Shown here one piece after another: positions 18,185-25,504 of a DNA stretch of 25,504 nt. Origin of the DNA: Candidatus Hodarchaeaceae archaeon (GTDB taxonomy: Archaea; Hadarchaeota; Hadarchaeia; Hadarchaeales; Hadarchaeaceae); the NCBI GenBank assembly GCA_030018135.1, contig JASEGJ010000014.1:1-25504 (forward strand). Direction: 5' to 3'. Under the pieces are notes generated by a model. It saw nothing but the letters and a program-made list of their open reading frames with translations, had not been told where the DNA came from and made no database searches. Within the stretch, counting starts at the first letter, position 1. Each line of letters opens with the position of its first letter. Made by a program: the position numbers and the translations under genes.

Positions 18185-19360
18185 ATGGAGGCAACAAACA
18201 TTTTGGTATCAGGTATCAGCATGTTCTCGCGACACCTAAAGGGCTGGAGGGCGAAGTGCGAGCTCTGCGGCAGGGAGTCGGAGGATATTTCGGCCGCGCT
18301 CAAGGTATGTGCGCCCTGCGTTCGAGAGCACTTCGACGATGCCCGGCCTTACCTCGAAGCGGCGCATGCCGAAGTGAGGGGGCGATATGGCCTGCCGGCG
18401 AGGGCCCCCAAGGACCCGAACGGTGTGCGCTGCGGGGCCTGCGGCAATGATTGCAGGATACCTGAAGGAGGTAAGGGCTTCTGTGGAGTCGTCGAGAACG
18501 TGGGAGGGAAGCTCATCCGCAAGTTCGGTACTCCCGATCGAGGTCTGCTGAGCTGGTACTACGACCCGCTGCCCACGAACTGCGTTCCAGCTGAGTTTTG
18601 CGCTGGCTCGTCCGGCGCCGGCTATCCAAAATGGTGCCGCACGCCGAGGGGGGACATCAGCTACAACAACCTGTCCGTCTTCCTCGGGAGTTGCACCTAT
18701 AGCTGTCTTTTCTGTCAAAACTACGGCTTCAGGGAACTGACCACGAGCGGAAAACCTGTAATGAGCGCCGCCGAGCTCGCCGAAAGGGCTGATGAAAGCG
18801 TGGGTTGCATCTGCTATTTTGGCGGGGACCCATCCAGTCAAATGCCGTTTGTGATCAAATCGGCCGAACTCGCTAGGGCAAATGCCGCGAAAGATGGTCG
18901 GATCCTGAGGGTTTGTCTGGAGACGAACCTAAGCATGAACTCGGAGCACCTCAAAAAGTTCGCCGAGCTTTCGATGGGGAGCGGGGGCGGTATAAAGGCG
19001 GACCTAAAATGCTGGTCATCCGAGATCCTATATGCACTTTCGGGCATCGAGCACCGAGTGGCATATGAAAACTTTAAGTGGCTGGGCAAGCGGCACAGCA
19101 GACGGCCGGAGGTGCCCTTCGCCAGAGCCAGCACTTTGCTCATGCCGGACTACGTCGACGATGAGGAGATCCGAGGCGTTGCGTCTTTCATCGCTGATCT
19201 CGACCCGTCAATACCCTACTCGCTGCTGGCTTTTCACCCGCTATACTACATGGACGACATGCCCTACACGAGGCGCGAGGACGCGGAGAGGTTCCTGCGC
19301 ATCTGCAAGGAAGAGGGCTTGTGGAAGGTCAGGATAGGCAACCCATGGCTTCTCTGTTAG
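18185..19360 (+). CDS. Radical SAM protein, PflA/AmmeMemoRadiSAM(AmrS)-like, with extra N-terminal Cys clusters
   Basis: CTYSCLFCQN (CX3CX2C), FGGDP, ETN, ADLK, LAFHP; N-terminal CELC, CAPC and CGACGNDC..GFC. The start may be ATG 18221. Confidence 0.85.
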   Translation: MEATNILVSGISMFSRHLKGWRAKCELCGRESEDISAALKVCAPCVREHFDDARPYLEAAHAEVRGRYGLPARAPKDPNGVRCGACGNDCRIPEGGKGFCGVVENVGGKLIRKFGTPDRGLLSWYYDPLPTNCVPAEFCAGSSGAGYPKWCRTPRGDISYNNLSVFLGSCTYSCLFCQNYGFRELTTSGKPVMSAAELAERADESVGCICYFGGDPSSQMPFVIKSAELARANAAKDGRILRVCLETNLSMNSEHLKKFAELSMGSGGGIKADLKCWSSEILYALSGIEHRVAYENFKWLGKRHSRRPEVPFARASTLLMPDYVDDEEIRGVASFIADLDPSIPYSLLAFHPLYYMDDMPYTRREDAERFLRICKEEGLWKVRIGNPWLLC

Positions 19361-19400
19361 GGTCTTATAGAAGTTCAGCCAAGTTTAGCTTGGTGTTCAC

Positions 19401-20561
19401 ATGGTCGTGTACATCGCAGAGTGCGTTTTGGGGGTATTTGCGTTCGACGATAAGGGGGAAATGCTTGGTTTAAGACAATTTCCACAAGATGCCGTAAAAA
19501 TCGCTGGCCGGTTAGCCAGTATTCAGATGGGCACGCCAACCGACGAGCATCGCGAGCTCATTGCTGAGCTGATTAAGCAGGGTCAACGTGAATTTTGTTT
19601 AGAGTCCGAGGAGCTGGCCGCACGATTGCGCGAGGAATTTAGGCGCGCCAGATTTGTAGCGCAAATGCCGAACAAGGCCGGCGAGATATTGCGCGGATCG
19701 TTGCGCAAGATAGCGGGCCAACTGGAAGTTGAGGGGGCCGACAAGCTCATTCGCGATGTCAATCTCCTGCTGACGCGCGAGCGGTTGCGCGAGGAAGCGG
19801 CCGAACGGGACAAGCTAATAATCCAAGCTATAAACATGCTCGATGAACTAGATAGGTCGACAAACATAATATGCGGACGAATCCGCGAATGGTACTCCAT
19901 ACATTTTCCGGAGCTTGATAGACTAGTGCCGGATCATCAAACATACTTGAAACTCATTCTGGAACTGGGGGCGCGTGAAAATTTCACGCCTTCGGCGGTG
20001 AAGGCGGCCGTCCAGCTCTCAGACGAAGATGCGGAGAAAATAGCCCAAGCGGCACAAAGTTCGTTCGGCGCAACATTCGATGGCCTCGATATAGAAGCGA
20101 TACACGGCTGCGCAAAGGAAGTTTTCGCCATGTATGAAGCGCGGGAGAAAATGGCGGAATATATCGATGGCCTGATGGCCCAACTCGCGCCCAACGTCCG
20201 CGCCGTGGTCGGTGGCTCAATAGGGGCGCGCCTCATCTCGCTGGCCGGCGGGCTCAAAGAACTTGCCCGCATGCCAGCGAGCACGGTCCAGATCCTAGGC
20301 GCTGAAAAGGCGCTTTTCAGGGCGCTTCGCGCCAGATCGAAGCCGCCCAAGCATGGCGTCATCTATCAGTACCCGGATATCCGTGGGGCGCCGAGATGGC
20401 AGCGGGGCAAAATAGCTCGCGCGCTCGCTGGAAAGCTCTCCATAGCCGCGCGCGTCGATGTCATGTCCGGCGAATTCATCGGTGATAAGTTAACTGCCGA
20501 TTTAAAGGCGCGCATCGCTGACATAAGGGCTAAGCGTGAGGGGCCAGAGAGGCGCAGATGA
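19401..20561 (+). CDS. nop5: Box C/D sRNP protein Nop5 (Nop56/58)
   Basis: RIREWYSIHFPEL, APN, PASTVQILGAEKALFR, PKHGVIYQ, RGKIARALAGKLSIAARVD. Confidence 0.96.
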   Translation: MVVYIAECVLGVFAFDDKGEMLGLRQFPQDAVKIAGRLASIQMGTPTDEHRELIAELIKQGQREFCLESEELAARLREEFRRARFVAQMPNKAGEILRGSLRKIAGQLEVEGADKLIRDVNLLLTRERLREEAAERDKLIIQAINMLDELDRSTNIICGRIREWYSIHFPELDRLVPDHQTYLKLILELGARENFTPSAVKAAVQLSDEDAEKIAQAAQSSFGATFDGLDIEAIHGCAKEVFAMYEAREKMAEYIDGLMAQLAPNVRAVVGGSIGARLISLAGGLKELARMPASTVQILGAEKALFRALRARSKPPKHGVIYQYPDIRGAPRWQRGKIARALAGKLSIAARVDVMSGEFIGDKLTADLKARIADIRAKREGPERRR

Positions 20562-21247
20562 TGAAAGTAACCAAACATGAACGCTTTGCTGACGTATATT
20601 GGGTCGAGTTCGACGATGGCGCGCGGAGGCCAGCGACAGCCAATCTCGCGCCGGGTACGCAGGTTTACGGTGAGAAGCTCGTAAAGATCCATGATGTCGA
20701 GTATCGCGTTTGGGATCCCTACCGGAGCAAACTCGCAGCTGCCATTTTGAGGGACATTAAACACGTGCCGATCGCCAGCGGGGAGAAAGTGCTATACCTC
20801 GGCGCGGCGAGCGGGACCACCGCAAGCCACGTTTCGGACATGGTTGGGGCCAACGGCTCGATCTACTGCGTCGAGATCTCATCTCGTCCATTTCGCGACC
20901 TCCTGATCGTTTGCAGAAAACGGCCAAACATGATACCGATACTTGCCGACGCCATGCGACTCGAGGGTTATCGCCTGCTGATCGAGCAGGTTGATGTAAT
21001 TTACCAAGATATCGCGCAGCCTGAACAAACCGAGATTTTGCTGACGAATGCCAAAACGTTTTTGCGGGAGGACGGGTATGCCATGCTAGCCCTTAAAGCG
21101 AGAAGCATCGATGTCACAAGGGATCCGCGCGAGGTTTTTCGGGAAGGAATGGGAAGGCTGGAACGAGAGCTTGAGATTGTGGATTTAAAAATTCTCGAGC
21201 CCTACGAAAGAGACCATGCCATGCTTGTGATGAGGAAAGAAAGTTAG
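20558..21247 (+). CDS. flpA: Fibrillarin-like rRNA/tRNA 2'-O-methyltransferase
   Basis: VYGEKL, WDPYRSKLAA, LYLGAASGTTASHVSD, QDIAQP, KARSID, LEPYERDH; ATGA overlap with nop5. Confidence 0.96.
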   Translation: MMKVTKHERFADVYWVEFDDGARRPATANLAPGTQVYGEKLVKIHDVEYRVWDPYRSKLAAAILRDIKHVPIASGEKVLYLGAASGTTASHVSDMVGANGSIYCVEISSRPFRDLLIVCRKRPNMIPILADAMRLEGYRLLIEQVDVIYQDIAQPEQTEILLTNAKTFLREDGYAMLALKARSIDVTRDPREVFREGMGRLERELEIVDLKILEPYERDHAMLVMRKES

Positions 21248-21268
21248 CGCACAATGAGCGCCGATTGG

Positions 21269-21859
21269 CTATCCGCGTTTTCTCGACTCTTCCGCAGCGC
21301 CCAAGGATTTCAACATCTCAATCAGCTTTGCCAAGGGGAGCCCAACCACATTGTAATAGCAGCCCTCGATGCTCTCCACGAGCGTAGCACCCTTTCCCTG
21401 AACACCGTAGGCACCCGCTTTATCTAGGGGTTCACCGGTGGCGATGTATTCTCTGATCTCTTCAGTGCTGAGCCTCCTGAACTTGACCTTGGTTTTAACG
21501 CATTCCACCGCTTCCTCGTTTTGATCGATGTCGACTATGGCCAAGCCGGTCATGACTTCGTGCTCGCGCCCACTTATCTTTCTCAACATCCTCTCAGCAT
21601 CGGCCTCGTCACTCGGTTTGCCCAGTATTTTGCCTTTATAAACCACCACGGTATCGGCGCCTATCACTATGCCTTCCTTCACCTTGCGCGCGACATCGCG
21701 TGCCTTACTCAGGGCTAAGCGCTTAACTAGCGTCTCTGGATCGGCCATGCCAAAATTATGTTCGGCTACCTCGCTCGGCATAACCTCACAAGGGAGCCCC
21801 ACTTGCTCTAGAAGCTCACGTCTTCTGGGGGATGCGGAAGCCAACGTGATTTTTCTCAT
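21269..21859 (-). CDS. maf: Maf-family nucleoside triphosphate pyrophosphatase (YhdE-type)
   Basis: LASASPRRRELL, IGADTVV, ILGKP, DKAGAYGVQG, NVVGLP. Confidence 0.93.
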   Translation of the reverse strand: MRKITLASASPRRRELLEQVGLPCEVMPSEVAEHNFGMADPETLVKRLALSKARDVARKVKEGIVIGADTVVVYKGKILGKPSDEADAERMLRKISGREHEVMTGLAIVDIDQNEEAVECVKTKVKFRRLSTEEIREYIATGEPLDKAGAYGVQGKGATLVESIEGCYYNVVGLPLAKLIEMLKSLGAAEESRKRG

Positions 21860-21930
21860 ATCATCACACCAAATTTTGGTTTTGCGTATGGGAAAGCAGT
21901 GGCTGCCCCCGTAAAGGGGAAATTTCTCCT

Positions 21931-22824
21931 TCAGCGCGTTATGGCCTCACAACCATTTTCCGTCACTATTACAGTGTGTTCGGCTTGCGCCACCCTACCG
22001 TCAGCGCGCTCCTTGAGCACATGGTAAGGATGGAGCGCGCCCACACCGACTAGCTCACGGAGCGTTAGCTCAAGCCTAAGCCTCGATATCCCCTTCGCAA
22101 GCCATCGCTCGGCGAAAGGCAAACTGCCATATGCACGTTTGATGTCAAAAAGCATCTTACGCGCCATCCGCATCCGCACTGGTCGATCACCCAGATATCT
22201 AAAAATAAAAACTTGTGGCCCGTCCTCAACGTGGCCGGCACCATCCGTTATAAAGGGCTCAAGTGCGAGGATGTCGCCGACTTTTAACTCTCCATCTGCT
22301 CCTTCCCGCACGTTTGGCACCGTCAAGCCTGCATGTAAAGTCCAGCGCGCGAGCGCGTGTCCCGTAAGATTTCGAATGGGTTTAAAGCCAGCCGCCGTCG
22401 CCGTGTCCTCGACGACCCCACCGATTTCACCCACTTTGGTGCCTGGCTTGACTGCTTTGATTGCCTCCTCGAGCGCGCTTTCGACCACTTGCACCATTTC
22501 GGCCTTGCTGTCGGTCGCTACGGTCATCGCCGTGTCCGCGATGTAGCCATCTATGTGGGCGCCGATGTCGATCTTTACCAAATCGCCCTCCTTTACTCGT
22601 GTCTCGTCCGTCGCGGGCGGGCTATAGTGGGCTGCTATTTCGTTAACCGAAACGTTGCAGGGAAAGGCTGGCTTTGCACCCTTTTGCCTTATCAAGTCCT
22701 CAGCGGTCTCGGCGATCGTGAGGAGCATCTCGCCCGGTTTTATGAGCGGGCGCACCTCCTCGCGCACCTCTGCAACCAGTTTGCCCGCACGGCGGTAAAT
22801 CTCGAGCTCGGCATCCGTCAACAT
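21931..22824 (-). CDS. map: Methionine aminopeptidase type II
   Basis: AFPCNVSVNEIAAHY, DIGAHIDGYIADTA, NLTGH, LHAG, EPF, AQAEHT, plus the type II helical insert. Confidence 0.96.
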   Translation of the reverse strand: MLTDAELEIYRRAGKLVAEVREEVRPLIKPGEMLLTIAETAEDLIRQKGAKPAFPCNVSVNEIAAHYSPPATDETRVKEGDLVKIDIGAHIDGYIADTAMTVATDSKAEMVQVVESALEEAIKAVKPGTKVGEIGGVVEDTATAAGFKPIRNLTGHALARWTLHAGLTVPNVREGADGELKVGDILALEPFITDGAGHVEDGPQVFIFRYLGDRPVRMRMARKMLFDIKRAYGSLPFAERWLAKGISRLRLELTLRELVGVGALHPYHVLKERADGRVAQAEHTVIVTENGCEAITR

Positions 22825-22879
22825 TTCCCCAACCTCTAAACGAATGGTCGTTTAACGGGATTTCAATTTAAGCTTGATG

Positions 22880-25333
22880 CTATAAGGATGCACTTTTATT
22901 GCCTACGAATTCGGCCAGACTCACCTGTTTTGCCCACTCGTAGCGGAGGTCTTCCTCCTTGTAGCCCAAGACCTCCATGATGCGCATCACCGCTGGCAGC
23001 ACCTGATGCTTAACGTAGTAATCCGCGTCGTATTCCATGCCCTTAAAATCCTCGATTGGCACGGCTCGGTCGCTTATGCTCCCGCTGCCCTTGGCCTCTA
23101 TGTAAGCGATGATCATGCCCGGCTCGATCTCCAGCCCCTTTTCCCTTAGCCTCCTCGCGGCCATGACATGCGGGCCAATGGACCTGTAGCTCTCGAGCGG
23201 CATCGTGAGTTGGGTGTAGATGATGAGGTCCTCCAGGCTAACGCGCCCCTCGTAAATATCCTTCGTTACCCCTCGCACGATCTCTGCGGCTTTCTCCGGG
23301 GAGCCATCGCGCAGTACTGCCTCAAGCACGGCCTCCTGCGTCTTCTTTGCGATCGCTGCCCAGTCGCGCCTCACGAATTCCAATCCCTTGACGACGATTC
23401 TGCCCTCCTCATCGATCATCGCATAGCGCTTCTTGGTCACGAACACTCCCCTCTCGTAAAAGCCCTCGAGTTCAAGTTCCATTATCCCAGGCATGCTCTC
23501 ATTCACCTGCCTCAGAAATTGCATGACATCATCTCGACTTTTGCCATTGAGCTTACAGAGCAGGCTATCGGTGTCGCCGTATATCACCTCGAAGCCGGAA
23601 TCCCCCGCCATCTTAATCGTGTTGCGGATGTAGTGGCGACCGAAGCTGGTGACGCTCTCTGCCAGTTGCTTGAAGTACCAACGCGCTCGAGGGTAGCCCA
23701 ACATGCCGTAAAAGGAATTTGCTATTATCTTGAGCGCCCACTGCTGGGCATTCAGCGATTCGTACTCCCTGCTCCCCTTCCTGTGTTTCTTCATCTCTCG
23801 CTTCAGCCTCGTTCGCTCGTGGATGAGCTTCTCGAGCGTTGTGGGTATGAAACCGCGTTGCTTTGCGCAAAAGCGGTGGCCGAGTTCCGGCACGACGGTT
23901 GCTTCACTTGGTTTGCAACACTTGCAGTTAAACGTCGCCGGGTCGATGTTGTGAGAAACTATGATGGATGGGTAAAGCGAGCGAAAGTCAAATACAACTA
24001 AATCCTCGTGTAAGCCCTTGACAGGTTCCATGACGTATGCGCCGACATACGTTTCCTCTAGCCGCTCGCGGTACTCCTCGCCAACGGGCCTTGCTGGCAC
24101 AAGCTCGCCCCTTTTATGCGCCTCGGCGATGAGCAACCATTCGACGAGCTGGCCGGGGGTCATGCGGCTGACGTCGAACGGCGTTTGTCGCACAGTCCTC
24201 GTCAGTTCGAAGAACAGTGGCAGAAGCTCAAGCCCTATCTCGAGCGTCGCCTGCGCATCGGACATAGAGTACTCCAACAACTTTCTCGCCCTTTCGTCGC
24301 CGCGGTCCCAAGCCTCGCTGATTTCCGTGAACTCTATCTCGGGCTTTTCCTTGCCCAGCAAGTGCCTGTAAACATTCTCGAGGGTGTAGTGGATGAGCCT
24401 GATCGCCCCGATCGTCGCTAAAAAGTTGACCATCGCGTAAACATCGATGTGGACGCGTCCGCGTATGCGCGCGGCGGTGGCAAAGCGCCTCTTTCGCGCT
24501 ATGACCTCCGAGGCATCGCGTCCCAGCCTCAGCTTGACCTTAAGCTGCTTGGCGCGTTCGCGAAGATACGGGAAGTCGAAGAGGTCAGTATTGTAACCGA
24601 GCAAGATATCGATGTCCCGCTCCCTGACGAGTTCTATGAAACGCTCGAGCATTTCCCGCTCGTTTGCGACCGTCTCGACATAACCGAGCCCGGCCTTGAA
24701 ATCCCTCCAAGTGATCACTTTCTTGAAGCCTCGGTTGTCCGCCAAGCTTATCATGATAATTGGGTCCCTATCGGGTCGCGGCGAGCCGGCGGGATTGTAA
24801 ACCTCGATATCGAAGCTCATCATGTTCAACCTTGGTTCTGGCACCTTTGCTGATACCGGCGGCTTATCGAGGATTACGACCTTCATGCTCCCTCTGTCGA
24901 CGACCCTGCCGCTTATCCTGATGCCGCTCACTGGCGTGAGGTCGCGATCTATCAGGTAACGCCTCGCTGGCGGGATATCAAACTCATAGATCTCCTTGAC
25001 GCCCGGCAATTCGCGCATCTCATGCCTGAGCCTGGGCATTTCCCTCGGGTGGTGAAAGGTGACCTTGATAGCCTTGACCTTGTGTCCGAGATAGGTGCGC
25101 TCGACAAGCTCGACCGATTTTGGTTTGAGGGTACGCTCCCCTTCCTGAACTTGAAGTCCACTTATGAATTTGGCCGCGCGCGTCGGCTCATCGGCGGTGA
25201 CATAGATATAAGGTTCGAAGCTCGGATCTATGGCGATTATCGTGTCTCCCTCGCGCCTCAGAAAAAGCCGGATGAAGGGGTGCTCTTCCTCCTCCGTATA
25301 ATCGTTATCCAGCAGCAGGCCTTCCATGCGCAT
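22880..25333 (-). CDS. polB: Family B DNA polymerase (archaeal B3-like), intein-free
   Basis: ExoI FDIE, ExoII YNTDLFD, ExoIII YSMSD; DFRSLYPSII, KIIANSFYG, YGDTDS, KKRY; C-terminal PIP box QVSLAEF. Confidence 0.96.
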   Translation of the reverse strand: MRMEGLLLDNDYTEEEEHPFIRLFLRREGDTIIAIDPSFEPYIYVTADEPTRAAKFISGLQVQEGERTLKPKSVELVERTYLGHKVKAIKVTFHHPREMPRLRHEMRELPGVKEIYEFDIPPARRYLIDRDLTPVSGIRISGRVVDRGSMKVVILDKPPVSAKVPEPRLNMMSFDIEVYNPAGSPRPDRDPIIMISLADNRGFKKVITWRDFKAGLGYVETVANEREMLERFIELVRERDIDILLGYNTDLFDFPYLRERAKQLKVKLRLGRDASEVIARKRRFATAARIRGRVHIDVYAMVNFLATIGAIRLIHYTLENVYRHLLGKEKPEIEFTEISEAWDRGDERARKLLEYSMSDAQATLEIGLELLPLFFELTRTVRQTPFDVSRMTPGQLVEWLLIAEAHKRGELVPARPVGEEYRERLEETYVGAYVMEPVKGLHEDLVVFDFRSLYPSIIVSHNIDPATFNCKCCKPSEATVVPELGHRFCAKQRGFIPTTLEKLIHERTRLKREMKKHRKGSREYESLNAQQWALKIIANSFYGMLGYPRARWYFKQLAESVTSFGRHYIRNTIKMAGDSGFEVIYGDTDSLLCKLNGKSRDDVMQFLRQVNESMPGIMELELEGFYERGVFVTKKRYAMIDEEGRIVVKGLEFVRRDWAAIAKKTQEAVLEAVLRDGSPEKAAEIVRGVTKDIYEGRVSLEDLIIYTQLTMPLESYRSIGPHVMAARRLREKGLEIEPGMIIAYIEAKGSGSISDRAVPIEDFKGMEYDADYYVKHQVLPAVMRIMEVLGYKEEDLRYEWAKQVSLAEFVGNKSASL

Positions 25334-25504
25334 CGAATAGACATCGTCGACTTTTCAAATAAAGGTTCTGAGGTTTATGCCGCCCGATCCTTCCACATCA
25401 ACTGAAGGCAGTACTTGGGGTGCGGCTTAAACTTTTTCTGCGGGATTTCGGGTGCCGTTCAAATAAGGCTTTAATTTTTGAACCATAATCCATCGTCAAT
25501 GGAG

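Noticed and set aside
23168-24001. 277-aa ORF antisense to polB, and similar shadow ORFs opposite pdxS, nop5, purB and glnA
   Set aside because: They lie entirely opposite well-conserved genes and have no recognisable motifs; such ORFs are expected from codon bias in GC-rich coding DNA.
25470-25504. TTTAAT box followed by ATG at 25499, possibly the start of the next gene
   Set aside because: Only two codons are visible at the window edge, so it cannot be called.
1-25504. CRISPR arrays, IS elements, tRNA/rRNA genes, Sec/Pyl read-through
   Set aside because: No periodic repeats, transposase motifs or cloverleafs were seen by eye, and recognised proteins appear full length without internal stops.

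Overview
Densely coded archaeal chromosomal segment (nop5-fibrillarin, Hel308, Elp3, GPN-loop GTPase, B3-type PolB, type II MetAP; TATA/BRE promoters and GGTGA/GGAG ribosome-binding sites). The lineage cannot be fixed from this window. Most genes are housekeeping. Three things stand out. (1) Hel308 carries a 525-aa AT-rich intein with a LAGLIDADG homing endonuclease, inserted at KVGI/STGD between helicase motifs Ia and Ib, which appears to differ from the Hel308 intein site I recall. (2) A nitrogen-assimilation locus has glnA (GSI-beta type) divergent from lrp-gdhA, followed by two tandem stand-alone Lrp ligand-binding (RAM) proteins. (3) Directly behind these lies an unannotated, frameshifted 3' remnant of a second, GSI-alpha-like glutamine synthetase gene, which suggests in-situ gene replacement. 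I saw no tRNA, rRNA, CRISPR array or IS element.
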